From Candidatus Aenigmatarchaeota archaeon (GTDB lineage: Archaea; Aenigmatarchaeota; Aenigmatarchaeia; PWEA01), in contig JBKHHD010000001.1 of assembly GCA_046539325.1 (NCBI GenBank), positions 1 through 64,000 of the forward strand: 64,000 nucleotides of DNA, given 5' to 3'. Of this stretch, positions 47,872 to 57,483 are shown piece after piece. The notes beneath the pieces are model-generated. The model did not search any database and was not told the DNA's origin. It worked only from the letters and a program-made list of their open reading frames with translations. How positions within the stretch are numbered: the first letter of the stretch is position 1; each line of letters begins with the position of its first letter. A program made the translations under genes and the position numbers.

Positions 47872-49884
47872 ATGATAACGGGACTGAAGCTTGAGAACTG
47901 GAAGAGTCACTTAGATTCAGAACTCGAATTCGGGAAAGGTACGAACGTTCTTGTAGGTGTAATGGGTTCAGGAAAGAGCTCGATCCTCTCTGCAATTTCT
48001 TTTGCGCTGTTCGGAACCTTCCCTTCACACCGTTCAAGAGAAGTTACCTTGGACGATATAATAATGAACAGACCTCAAAAGAAGGAGGAAGCGAAGGTAG
48101 AGCTTGAATTCGAGATAAAAGGCCAGGAGTTTGAGGTAAAAAGGGTAATAGGTAGAGGAAAGGGTACGAAGGAGGCAAGTATAAGGAAGGACGGTGAGTT
48201 GCTTGATACAGGTCCTTCAAGGGTCACGGAACTGGTTGAAAACTACCTCAAGGTAGACTACAATCTGTTCTCCAGGGCTGTGTACGCGGAGCAAGACGGA
48301 CTGGACAACTTCTTGGAGATAAGGAAAGGCGAGCGTATGAAGAAGATCGACGACCTGTTACAGATAGACAGGTTCGAGGAGTGCAGGAGCAATGTGACCA
48401 CGATCATCAACAGACTGGAAGAAAGGATAGACTCTAAGAGGAAGACTGTAGAAGAGCTGGAGGAACAGGAGGACTTCGGAAAGATAGAAGAGCTGGAGGA
48501 AGAAATAGAGGATATTAAAAAGGAGGTGGAGGAGCTTAGCGAAAAACTGGAAGAACTGGGTGAGAACTATGAAGAAAGAAAAGAAGAGATTAAAGAGCTC
48601 AAAGAGGGTCTTGATGAGATAAAAAAGCTTGAAAACAAAAAAAGCAACATAAAAGGCTCTATTTCAAGCTTAAAGGCGGATATAGAATCTCTAAAGGATG
48701 AATTGGAGCTTTCAGAGGACGAAGTTGAAGAAATGTTAGAAGATAAGAAAAAAGATCTAAAAGAGCTTGAAAAGCGAAAAGAAGAGATTAAAGAAAATTT
48801 AGATGATCTCAAGGATAAGCAAAAGGACAGGAAGATCAAGATAAGAGACCTGCAAAAGAAAATACAGAAAATAAAAGGTGTTGAAGGCGAATGCCCTGTC
48901 TGTGGCAAAGAGCTGGAAGAAGGCCATAAAGAGGATCTCATCGAACAGCGGAGAGAAAAGGTTTCAAAATTAGGCGAAGAGAAAGAAGATTTCGAGAATA
49001 AAATCAATGAAAGGGAAGAAAAACTGGATAAAATCAAGAAGGAAGAGAAGGAGTTAAAGGAGGGAAGAAGGGAGCTCAAAAGGAAGAAGGAGTCTCTCTC
49101 GAAGCTAGAAAATAAGAAAAAGTCTCTGAAGAAGAAGGGCAGGGAGCTTGAAGAAATATCAGAAGAGCTGGAAGAGAAGCAGGAAAAGTTCGACCGAGAA
49201 AAAATAGAAGAGGAGCAGGAAAGGGTAAATGAAATTTCTGGTGAGAGAGAAAGGATAAAGGAGAGGATTGAGAATAAGAAAGACGTTCTTGAGGAAAGAA
49301 AAGAGGAAAGGAAGGAGTTAGAGAAAAGAAAGGAGAGGTTTGAGAAATACAAGGAAGAAATAAAGAGTTCTGAAGACTTGATCGAAGATTTGAAGAAGTT
49401 CAAGAGCGCTTTAAGCTCTACACAGGAGCAGTTGAGAACTAAGTTCATAGAAGCCGTTAACAGTACCCTGACGAAAGTATGGGGCAGCTTATACCCATAC
49501 GATGATTTTTCAGATCTTAGGTTTACTATAAAGGAAGGTGATTACGAGCTCCAGTTCAAGAACAAAGGAAGCTGGCAGTCTGTCGAAGGAATAGCTTCAG
49601 GCGGTGAAAGAACATCTGCCTGTCTTGCTCTTAGAATCGCCTTTGCTCTTGTCCTTGCACCCAATCTAAGGTGGCTTGTCCTGGACGAACCAACCCACAA
49701 CCTAGACAGGCAAGCTGTAAAAGACCTTTCTGAGCTACTGAGGACAAATGTCTCGGAGTTCGTGGACCAGGTATTTTTGATAACACACAATGAAACTATG
49801 GAAAACGCCGCAAGCTCGCACCTCTACAAGCTTAACAGGGATAAGCATAGGGATGAGCCGACAGAAATAAAAGAGATAACTTAG
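47872..49884 (+). CDS. rad50: Rad50 SMC-like ATPase (short coiled coil)
   Basis: GVMGSGKSS, CPVCG zinc hook, ASGGE signature, LDEPTHNLD, ITH. Confidence 0.95.
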   Translation: MITGLKLENWKSHLDSELEFGKGTNVLVGVMGSGKSSILSAISFALFGTFPSHRSREVTLDDIIMNRPQKKEEAKVELEFEIKGQEFEVKRVIGRGKGTKEASIRKDGELLDTGPSRVTELVENYLKVDYNLFSRAVYAEQDGLDNFLEIRKGERMKKIDDLLQIDRFEECRSNVTTIINRLEERIDSKRKTVEELEEQEDFGKIEELEEEIEDIKKEVEELSEKLEELGENYEERKEEIKELKEGLDEIKKLENKKSNIKGSISSLKADIESLKDELELSEDEVEEMLEDKKKDLKELEKRKEEIKENLDDLKDKQKDRKIKIRDLQKKIQKIKGVEGECPVCGKELEEGHKEDLIEQRREKVSKLGEEKEDFENKINEREEKLDKIKKEEKELKEGRRELKRKKESLSKLENKKKSLKKKGRELEEISEELEEKQEKFDREKIEEEQERVNEISGERERIKERIENKKDVLEERKEERKELEKRKERFEKYKEEIKSSEDLIEDLKKFKSALSSTQEQLRTKFIEAVNSTLTKVWGSLYPYDDFSDLRFTIKEGDYELQFKNKGSWQSVEGIASGGERTSACLALRIAFALVLAPNLRWLVLDEPTHNLDRQAVKDLSELLRTNVSEFVDQVFLITHNETMENAASSHLYKLNRDKHRDEPTEIKEIT

Positions 49885-51408
49885 CTACATAAAGGATTCA
49901 GCGTCTTCTTCTCTCTGTTCGCTCTCCTTCATATACTTCTTAGCTGCTTCTTCAAGAGGCATTCCTCTCTCGTTTTCCTTGCTTTTCCTCTCCCTTATCT
50001 GAGCAAACAGTGGATAGTTCACGGCTTCACCTACCACAAAGGCCTCACCTACACGCAAGGAGGAAATTGTTTCAAGTACATCGCCTGTAAGGCCCTCGCT
50101 ACTCTTACCTATATGGTCCTGATCGTAGGGGTTTGTAATTCTCATTATTATTTTAGTGTTGCACTGTGAGAGAGCTGTTGTATCGAGCTTTATGGGTCTC
50201 TGTGAAATAAGGCATAAAGAAGAGTGGAACTTTCTCCCTTCACGTGCTATTCTCTGGATAACAGGCCTCGAAAGAGCGTTTCTTCTCTTCTTTCCTTCAG
50301 GAACAAAGTTATGCGCCTCCTCAAGAACAAAGAGGAACGGTGGTATCTGACTGTTCTGTCTTTTAAAGAAAAGCTTTCTTGCAAGGTAGGTCACCAGCAT
50401 CTGTCTTTCTTCTAAGGAAGTGAGGTCCGAAATATCTATTATAGCTGCTTCACCTGGATTTACGAGATCATCTACAGGTGGGTTGTCCGCAACGCCGAAC
50501 AGTCCAGTCCTCTCTAACTGTGATATTTCAGAGATAAGCACCTCCTTCGTAGACGATTTTATTGATTCGTCTTTGGCTACCGCGTCGGCTATATTCGAAA
50601 GGCCGTATGCCTCGCCCGATTTATCCTTCTTTATCTCCCTCAAAACTCTCCCTATCTCCCTTCTCTGGGCTCCGGAAAGGTTTGGCTTGAGGTTGAAGAA
50701 CAGAGACGGGGTTAGGTTCGAAGCTCCGATCCTGAAGTCCTTCCCTCTTACAACTCTCGTCCTGTCCCTGTAATTTTCGTCGTCGCCGAACCCTATGTAC
50801 TCGCCATGTGTATCTATTACCACGGTGCCAACCTGGCCCGCTTCCTCCTCCCTGTCCAGAAGCTCTTCAATCATGACGGAAGTCAGATAAGACTTTCCTG
50901 CACCAGAAAGAGCAAGTATAGACATGTGTTTCTGCAGAAGCCTTGTTATAGAAAGCTTAACCGGGAGCTCGTGGTGACCAACAGTTCCTATGTGCAGTCC
51001 GTTCTCGTTGTCAAGTCCAAGAAAATCAGAAAGTATATCCTGTTCTATCATCTTTACTTCCGTCCCAGGAGAAGGCGGAAAGGTAGCCCGCTTTATCTGA
51101 CCGTCGTTGTACACGCCCAGAGGTCTCGCCTCGCCTACAAGATACTCCCATCTCTCCGCAGGAAATATCTCCGTTAGTTTCTTTCCTTTCCTCTCATACT
51201 CTCGGACTGATTCCGCTCTATCAAAGTAGCGGTTCGTCTTATATATATCAGAAACACGAGCTATAAGCTTACCTTCCTCGGAACCGAGCATAATAAACTG
51301 ATTCTGTCTTACTGGAATCTCGCCGGAATCTTCATCTATAACGAAGCTGAACTGCGACGCAGAAGGTCCGTCCGGTGTGGATATAACCGTTCCTATCTGA
51401 TCTGTCAT
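49885..51408 (-). CDS. herA: HerA helicase/translocase
   Basis: HAS barrel, HMSILALSGAGKS, DTHGEY, LEEAHNF, IAREGRKF, SQRP. Confidence 0.93.
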   Translation of the reverse strand: MTDQIGTVISTPDGPSASQFSFVIDEDSGEIPVRQNQFIMLGSEEGKLIARVSDIYKTNRYFDRAESVREYERKGKKLTEIFPAERWEYLVGEARPLGVYNDGQIKRATFPPSPGTEVKMIEQDILSDFLGLDNENGLHIGTVGHHELPVKLSITRLLQKHMSILALSGAGKSYLTSVMIEELLDREEEAGQVGTVVIDTHGEYIGFGDDENYRDRTRVVRGKDFRIGASNLTPSLFFNLKPNLSGAQRREIGRVLREIKKDKSGEAYGLSNIADAVAKDESIKSSTKEVLISEISQLERTGLFGVADNPPVDDLVNPGEAAIIDISDLTSLEERQMLVTYLARKLFFKRQNSQIPPFLFVLEEAHNFVPEGKKRRNALSRPVIQRIAREGRKFHSSLCLISQRPIKLDTTALSQCNTKIIMRITNPYDQDHIGKSSEGLTGDVLETISSLRVGEAFVVGEAVNYPLFAQIRERKSKENERGMPLEEAAKKYMKESEQREEDAESFM

Positions 51409-51490
51409 ATTTATCGTACAAGATACTACTGAGTTTGAAGGTTTAGAAAAGTTACGGTGAGATGTAGTGCCTAAAATAAAAAGAAAGGGT

Positions 51491-51661
51491 TTACTGGAGT
51501 TCGTCCAGTCTTTCGTTAACTGCTTCCAGTTCCTTGTTGAGTTCTTTCCTGTATTCCTTCAATCTGCTTCTTTTCTCTTCAGAAGTTCTGAACCTTCTCC
51601 AATCGTTACATCCACAGCTGCAGTCACAAGAGCAGCCACAGTTGCAGTTTGTTCCGCACAC
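51491..51661 (-). CDS. 56-aa metallothionein-like microprotein with a C-terminal coiled coil (DUF5320-like)
   Basis: Hand translation from GTG: MCGTNCNCGCSCDCSCGCNDWRRFRTSEEKRSRLKEYRKELNKELEAVNERLDELQ. Confidence 0.82.
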   Translation of the reverse strand: MCGTNCNCGCSCDCSCGCNDWRRFRTSEEKRSRLKEYRKELNKELEAVNERLDELQ

Positions 51662-51756
51662 GGTATCACATCGTAACCTACTATAAAAAATAAAGTATTT
51701 AAAGTATGGAGTTAAAAGTCGTAAAGGTACTGGGAAAAAATAAAGCGGGTGAAAGT

Positions 51757-52098
51757 ATGGATAGGAAAGATAAATGTTGCTGCGAGGATAACGTCTGTCT
51801 CTGCTCCACGGAAGGAGTTCTGGATCTAATATCCAAGAAGTGGACTTTATGTATAATCAACCACCTCGGAGATAAAGAGGAAGGATATAGGTTTAACGAG
51901 CTGGAGCGGTCAATGGACGGCATCAGCCCGAAATCACTTTCCAATAGGCTCAAGGAGCTGGAAGAACATGGCCTGGTGGAACGAGAGGTTAAGGATACAA
52001 AGCCACCGGAAGTTAGATACATACTCACCCAACAGGGAGTGGAATTAAACGAAAGGCTTGAACCACTTCTTCACTGGATAAACGAAAGAAATGGTTGA
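51757..52098 (+). CDS. HxlR-family regulator with Cys-rich N-terminus
   Basis: GGGTGA SD then MDRKDKCCCEDNVCLC; ISKKWT, RFNEL, ISPKSLS.RLKELE..GLV.R, PPEVRY.LT. Confidence 0.92.
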   Translation: MDRKDKCCCEDNVCLCSTEGVLDLISKKWTLCIINHLGDKEEGYRFNELERSMDGISPKSLSNRLKELEEHGLVEREVKDTKPPEVRYILTQQGVELNERLEPLLHWINERNG

Positions 52099-52152
52099 AA
52101 GCTATCATTTAAAATATAGTGTCTAAAAATAAACTTTAAAGGAGAAGGAATA

Positions 52153-52677
52153 ATGACCGATGTCATGATGGAGCTTGAGAGGACTTTTCTGGCAAAGTAC
52201 CTTCCTGACTTGGAGGGATGTGAAAAGGTCGAGATCAAGGACATCTACGTTCCTGCGGAAATGAGACATCCTGTAATACGTATCCGTAAGAAAGGGCGTA
52301 ACTATATGATGACAAAGAAGGAACCAGAAGATGATGATGCTTCAGCACAGAACGAGTACACGATACCACTGACGGAAAGAGAATTCGGTGCTTTTGAAGA
52401 GGTGGATGGAAAGGTGCTTGTCAAGGTTAGGTATTACAAAAACTGGAACGGGAAAACAGCAGAGATAGATGTCTTCAAAGGAAAGCTGGCGGGACTTGTC
52501 CTTGTTGACTTCGAGTTTGAGAGCGAGGAACAAAAAAAGAACTTTGAACCGCCAGAGTTCTGCCTTGCGGACGTAACACAGGAAGAGTTCATAGCCGGGG
52601 GCATGCTCTGCGGGAAAAGCTACGAAGACATAAGCAATAAATTAGAAAAATGGAACTATGAGCCTATAAAGCAATAA
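52153..52677 (+). CDS. CYTH-like triphosphate tunnel metalloenzyme
   Basis: ELERTFL (ExExK-like), RIRK, KVRY, EIDVF...L.LVDFEF. Confidence 0.82.
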   Translation: MTDVMMELERTFLAKYLPDLEGCEKVEIKDIYVPAEMRHPVIRIRKKGRNYMMTKKEPEDDDASAQNEYTIPLTEREFGAFEEVDGKVLVKVRYYKNWNGKTAEIDVFKGKLAGLVLVDFEFESEEQKKNFEPPEFCLADVTQEEFIAGGMLCGKSYEDISNKLEKWNYEPIKQ

Positions 52678-52683
52678 AAAGAT

Positions 52684-53010
52684 TCAGCAATGTGTCTCAT
52701 TCATCTCTTCCCAGTTCCAATCTCTGTCCTTGTTGTGCTCGATTTTTTCAATAATCTTCTCTCCTATATCAATATCAAAGATACCACAGAGGTGAATTAT
52801 TCTCTGGAGTGCGTCGCCCAGCTCCTCTTCAAACCCGTCTTTGCCTTCGATGTTCTGATGACGATATGCCTCAAAGGCCTCTGTAATCTCTGAATGTATC
52901 AAAGCAATTTTTTCAGCAACATTTACCTCATCGACTTCCGTTCCAAATCCCTTTTCCTCAGCCTGTTGCATAATCATTTCCCTGAGTTCCTCAACTGTAA
53001 TATCGTCCAT
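52684..53010 (-). CDS. MazG-like NTP pyrophosphohydrolase
   Basis: LIHSEITEAFEA...EEELGD...K...N..R. Confidence 0.85.
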   Translation of the reverse strand: MDDITVEELREMIMQQAEEKGFGTEVDEVNVAEKIALIHSEITEAFEAYRHQNIEGKDGFEEELGDALQRIIHLCGIFDIDIGEKIIEKIEHNKDRDWNWEEMNETHC

Positions 53011-53142
53011 ACTGCCTTTAAGTTGTCGATTAATTCTTATAAAATCTGCCTTTCCGAGGACAAAACTAGAAAATCCATAAAAACTGCTGTGAAGCTAAAC
53101 AAACTATTTTAGGTTCATAGAGAAGAGAAATAATAGAAAAGG

Positions 53143-53436
53143 TTAGTTATCTTCGCCATGATATTCCTTAAACTTCTTCCTAATAGTACGTCTCATTCCT
53201 CCCTCTAACTTCTCATCAATAAACTCTGATATATCCTTCGCATTCTTTGCCGGTTTTGAAAGGATAGGAAGGGAGAATGGTACATTTTCGTTTTCGTACC
53301 GCCTCAGAGCACTAATAATAAGGTCGTCTTCATATGAAGAAAGTCCGTCTGAACCTTCCTCATCTCTGCGCTTTTTTTCAGACCCTTCAGCCAGGCTCTG
53401 ATATTTTTTCTCGTCTTCGACCACATCCTCGGCCAT
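53143..53436 (-). CDS. Hypothetical protein
   Basis: Open frame with host-like composition from ATG 53436. Confidence 0.5.
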   Translation of the reverse strand: MAEDVVEDEKKYQSLAEGSEKKRRDEEGSDGLSSYEDDLIISALRRYENENVPFSLPILSKPAKNAKDISEFIDEKLEGGMRRTIRKKFKEYHGEDN

Positions 53437-53538
53437 AGATATCGTGCGTAAAATTAATATAAACAAATAAAAGTGTTTGGGGTACAACCGCAATATATAA
53501 AACCTTATGGTAAAAAGTTAGTGAAAGTTGGTGTTAAA

Positions 53539-54135
53539 ATGAGGATATTCGCACTTGCGGACCCGCATGGAAATATGAGGCTCTTGAGGGAGGTACTGGA
53601 TGAAGTTAACGGTAACAACTACGATGTATTTCTGGGTCTCGGGGACTTCATGTCCAAGAAGTTCTTCTCAGAACTTGTAACAAACCTGGAGGTCGAGAAA
53701 AAATCATTTATTCCAGGAAACAGAGACTACGGCATGAAAAAGCTTCCCTATCTGAAAAACATAGACAGCTTTGATTTCAAAGAAACAAGGTTCGTAATGG
53801 TAGGGTCACATCACTTCCCAAACCTGAAGCAAAAGGTTCTTGATAGATTTGAGGACGTGGACCCAAGAAAGGTCATAGTAGGATCACACGAACCACCAGA
53901 GAGAGCAAGGGACGAAGTACATGGTGGAGCGAGGATAGGCGTTCCTGAGTTCAGAGAAATAATAGACGAAAAAAAGCCTCTTGCGTGGTTGTGCGGCCAC
54001 GTACACGAGGCAGAAGGCGTTTCAACAGTAGGTGAGACAAAGGTAGTCAACGCAGCGGCTTCACAGGAAGTACTTGGCTACAGACTTACTGTAGAAGACA
54101 ACAAGCTCAAGGAAGTAAAAAGGCTGGAAAGATGA
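53539..54135 (+). CDS. Calcineurin-like metallophosphoesterase (Icc-like)
   Basis: ADPHG, GDF, PGNRD, SHEPP, CGHVHE. Confidence 0.9.
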   Translation: MRIFALADPHGNMRLLREVLDEVNGNNYDVFLGLGDFMSKKFFSELVTNLEVEKKSFIPGNRDYGMKKLPYLKNIDSFDFKETRFVMVGSHHFPNLKQKVLDRFEDVDPRKVIVGSHEPPERARDEVHGGARIGVPEFREIIDEKKPLAWLCGHVHEAEGVSTVGETKVVNAAASQEVLGYRLTVEDNKLKEVKRLER

Positions 54136-54884
54136 AATTTCTCAAGGAAAGACCTGCTCTGCTTCTCGAGGAGCTCGACAAAAGAACTCTTGTGATAGCA
54201 GATCTGCACCTCGGTTTGGAGTATGAAATCTACAAGAAAGGAATCTCTATCCCACCAAGGGTCGACAAGCAGAAGGAAAGGATAAATGATCTTGTCGAAG
54301 AAACAAAAGCGGAGGGGATTATTCTACTGGGTGACGTAAAGCATAACGTCCCCCGGACTTCTATATCCGAAAAGGAAAGGCTGCCTGAATTCTTCAAGGA
54401 GCTTTCCGAAAAGGTGGATGTAACGATAGTTAAAGGGAACCACGATGGAAATATAGAGAAGCTTGTCGAAGAAACGGAAGTGGAGGTAACAACTACAAAG
54501 GGCTTCAAAGAGGACAGGTTTTATTTCAACCACGGACAGTCCTGGCCCGGTGAAGAAATAAAGAAATCAAAAATACTTCTGAGGGGCCACTCACACCCAG
54601 CAGTAGAGTTTGAAGACAGCCTCGGCTTTTCTTCTACTGTACCTTGCTGGATAAGAGGTCCTGTAAGAAGCGGGGTTCTCGAAGAAAAATACGTTGACAC
54701 AGTAAAGCTAGAGGAGATAATAATACTTCCTGCCTTCAATCAACTGATAACAGGGATGCCTATGAATAAAGAGAAGGAAAAGAAGCTTCTTGGGCCTATC
54801 CTTGAAAACGGAGCCATGGACATAGATGAGTCAAAGGTTCATCTTCTCGATAGCACTTACATAGGAAAGCTCGAGGATCTCTAG
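54132..54884 (+). CDS. Metallophosphoesterase, SbcD/Mre11-related archaeal family
   Basis: ADLHLG.E, LGDVKH, GNHDG, HG, GHSHP, LPAFN. Confidence 0.9.
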   Translation: MKFLKERPALLLEELDKRTLVIADLHLGLEYEIYKKGISIPPRVDKQKERINDLVEETKAEGIILLGDVKHNVPRTSISEKERLPEFFKELSEKVDVTIVKGNHDGNIEKLVEETEVEVTTTKGFKEDRFYFNHGQSWPGEEIKKSKILLRGHSHPAVEFEDSLGFSSTVPCWIRGPVRSGVLEEKYVDTVKLEEIIILPAFNQLITGMPMNKEKEKKLLGPILENGAMDIDESKVHLLDSTYIGKLEDL

Positions 54885-55963
54885 AATGGCCTCTCGTCTC
54901 TTCTTAGTTTGTATAGGGAAGGTACGTCACCTACCTTGTCCTGTAGTGAAGAATATATGAACTGAAGCTCTTCCTCCTTGAGACTAGCTCTCTTATCAGC
55001 TTCTATAAGAACAGTAGGTATAGCATACTCCTCGTTGTCTGCTGAAAGAGAAAGAAGTTTTGAAGCTATCATGTCAGCTGTCTCCGTGGGATCTCCAGAA
55101 GCATAGAAATCAACTCTCAGTGGTCTGTCGTATTCCGTTGCCTTCAGGTAAAAGGAATAGATGTTTTCAAGAATATTTTTTGGGAGGTAGGACTTCTCGA
55201 AGTCGTCACAGTATCTGAAATATGAGGTCCTTTCGCCCTGTTTCAACACATAAAACAACAGGTTTGTGTCTCTGGTACCTTTCAAAATATCTTTAAGGTT
55301 TTTCTTCTTTTCGCTTTTGACCTTCTCAAGTATATCATCTGAAACTATCTTAGAAAACTTTCTTGATCTGGAATCTTCAGAAACGCCTGCAAGAAGACAG
55401 GGTGGGCTATTTAAGATCTCACCGTAGGTTTCAAGGACATCTTCAAACTTTTCCTTTACATCAGAGTCCTCGCTTGGATTTGTGGAAGGGTGTGGTACTA
55501 TAGAGCCATCCATTAGAAGGAGACTTAGATCCTTCCTATTCATAGTCTTAAGTGCTATATCTGCCTCTATCTCCATTCTCTCGAGGTTTGCAGCAAGTGA
55601 GAAGTCCTCTCTGGAAAGAGGTTCTGTGAAGACAGAAAGCTTAGGGGTAGGCAGGGAACTGGGATAATAACTTACGTTTTCCAAGCCGTCATTGAAATCA
55701 AATACGACCGCAACGGCCTTAGTAAGGACCAGGTCAACTGCATGGTAGGACTTTTTTAGAAGCCCGCCGTCTATACCACATATACTTCCTCCGCTCAAAT
55801 CACCTTCTTCCACCTCTATAGATATCTTCTTCTCAGGAATCTTTTCTCCTTCTATCTCTTCATCCTTTACCTCCTGAAGAAAGTTACCAAGCCTCTTCCT
55901 CTTGCTTTCCAGCCTTTCGACCTTCCCTGCTATATCATCAAGCTCCGAAAGAATCTCCTGCAT
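54881..55963 (-). CDS. nurA: NurA nuclease
   Basis: GIDGG, ERMEIE, MDGSI, SEDS.S, YAIP.VL.EAD..A. Confidence 0.9.
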   Translation of the reverse strand: MQEILSELDDIAGKVERLESKRKRLGNFLQEVKDEEIEGEKIPEKKISIEVEEGDLSGGSICGIDGGLLKKSYHAVDLVLTKAVAVVFDFNDGLENVSYYPSSLPTPKLSVFTEPLSREDFSLAANLERMEIEADIALKTMNRKDLSLLLMDGSIVPHPSTNPSEDSDVKEKFEDVLETYGEILNSPPCLLAGVSEDSRSRKFSKIVSDDILEKVKSEKKKNLKDILKGTRDTNLLFYVLKQGERTSYFRYCDDFEKSYLPKNILENIYSFYLKATEYDRPLRVDFYASGDPTETADMIASKLLSLSADNEEYAIPTVLIEADKRASLKEEELQFIYSSLQDKVGDVPSLYKLRRDERPF

Positions 55964-56014
55964 AACTTAAATAAATCCCGCCAAATTAATAAAACTAGCC
56001 AGTATTTATGAGCA

Positions 56015-56311
56015 GTGAGATCAGGTAAAATGGACCATGAAATAATAAAAGAAGCTATAGAGAGGATACGCGGACTCCCGACCTTTTCAAGGATACGAGA
56101 TGAACTTAGGGAGAAGTTTGCTCTGAAGATCGACGAAAAGGAGCTGAAAGAGGACCTAGAAGAGATGATGAGACAGGAAAAAATAAAGGAAAAGGAAACA
56201 ACAATAAAAGGAACAAGATTTAAAGGGTATACCGTTGTAAGAGAAGAAAAACAAGAGGAAGAAGAGGAAAAGTCAAAGGAAGAGGAGGTAATAGATGAGG
56301 TATTTGGTTAA
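56015..56311 (+). CDS. Hypothetical small protein (possible winged helix)
   Basis: Open frame with helical pattern and acidic tail. Confidence 0.55.
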   Translation: MRSGKMDHEIIKEAIERIRGLPTFSRIRDELREKFALKIDEKELKEDLEEMMRQEKIKEKETTIKGTRFKGYTVVREEKQEEEEEKSKEEEVIDEVFG

Positions 56312-56501
56312 AAATGTTTTTTCGGTAGTAAGATTTCTCAAAAATAATAAATCAAAGGGTGGAATAATAGGAAAGCTTGTTAAGCTGTTTCTCGTAGGCC
56401 TTGTGTTTACCTTTTTAACATGGCTACTGTTCGGTGAAGCACTCCACCCAAAACAGATACTCCTACTACCAATCTATGCGCTGTTGAAGGCAGGTGGGTA
56501 G
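56295..56501 (+). CDS. Small membrane protein
   Basis: GGAGGT SD, overlaps the previous gene, hydrophobic segment following KSKG. Confidence 0.55.
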   Translation: MRYLVKNVFSVVRFLKNNKSKGGIIGKLVKLFLVGLVFTFLTWLLFGEALHPKQILLLPIYALLKAGG

Positions 56502-56654
56502 TTATAAAAGTGTGTAGCTACTTTCCTTTTCAGGTCTATTTACCTCATGGCAGTCCTTGCACTTTGTTACCTTTTCAGAATCCCGAGGATTTTTAACAAA
56601 ACCAAGGTTCGAGCCATCAAGTTCACATCCACATACATCACACTTCAAAGACAT
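56502..56654 (-). CDS. 50-aa zinc-ribbon microprotein
   Basis: GGAGGTGA SD; hand translation MSLKCDVCGCELDGSNLGFVKNPRDSEKVTKCKDCHEVNRPEKESSYTLL. Confidence 0.8.
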   Translation of the reverse strand: MSLKCDVCGCELDGSNLGFVKNPRDSEKVTKCKDCHEVNRPEKESSYTLL

Positions 56655-56802
56655 GCCTTTCACCTCCCAAAAACGTCTTAAAGAAAATCCTTTTCAAGAT
56701 ATTCCATATTAGCACTGTAACTATATAAAATCTTTGTTGTTACCTAAGGGAAATTAATACTTCCAATAAAGCTTTTTAACTTTTGGCGAGTAATTCATCT
56801 GT

Positions 56803-57129
56803 ATGCCGGAGTGTAACACGTGTGGAAAAATTTTTGATTCAGAAAGAGGGCTTCACATACACCAATCCCGAGTCCACGCAAGTAAATCCGAAGGAACAGA
56901 TCAAACCAAATCAACCAAGTTCCTCGAGGTAAAATCAATAAGACCCTGGATAGTTGCTGCAGTAATAATAATTCTAGGCTTAGGCCTGATAATCGCCACA
57001 GATGAGGTTGAAACTGAACGAAAAGAGGACGGTTTGGAGGAAAGCTTCAGCAGGGATTTGAAGCTTGTGGTGGAGGAAAATGAAACAGAAGACAAAGCAA
57101 AGGAAGTTGATGACTATGCCGAGGGATGA
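56803..57129 (+). CDS. C2H2 zinc-finger protein with a TM helix
   Basis: CNTCGKIFDSERGLHIHQSRVH followed by a hydrophobic helix. Confidence 0.8.
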   Translation: MPECNTCGKIFDSERGLHIHQSRVHASKSEGTDQTKSTKFLEVKSIRPWIVAAVIIILGLGLIIATDEVETERKEDGLEESFSRDLKLVVEENETEDKAKEVDDYAEG

Positions 57130-57442
57130 AGAAAGAAGAAGGGCACCTGCGATACATAAGAAAATTGACAGCATAGAGGAAGAAGATATAAGGGTGGCTA
57201 TAATAGGGACCCTAGTTGATCGAGGAGAAACGAAAGTAGTAGTGGACGACGGAACAGGAAGTATGGACGTGAGCTTTGACCTATCGAAGGATTTGGGAAG
57301 GTTTGAGGAAGGTAATCTTGTAAGAGTTGTCGGAAAACCTTCCAATGGATCCCTGGACGGAGAAGCGATACAGGACTTTGAGGACTTCGACGTAGAGCTT
57401 TACAGGGGAGCAAAACAGAAGTTGGAAGAGCTCAGAGAATAA
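57116..57442 (+). CDS. Small OB-fold RPA subunit-like protein
   Basis: RRAPA..KKI, RVAIIGT, VVDDGTG, VRVVG, IQD...FDVELY. Confidence 0.8.
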   Translation: MPRDEERRRAPAIHKKIDSIEEEDIRVAIIGTLVDRGETKVVVDDGTGSMDVSFDLSKDLGRFEEGNLVRVVGKPSNGSLDGEAIQDFEDFDVELYRGAKQKLEELRE

Positions 57443-57483
57443 GTTTTCTAAAGATAAAAGCTTCAACTACCATAGTTATATCC

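Noticed and set aside
48420-49400. GAA/AAA-rich quasi-repeats
   Set aside because: Explained by the Rad50 coiled coil; not a tandem repeat or CRISPR array.
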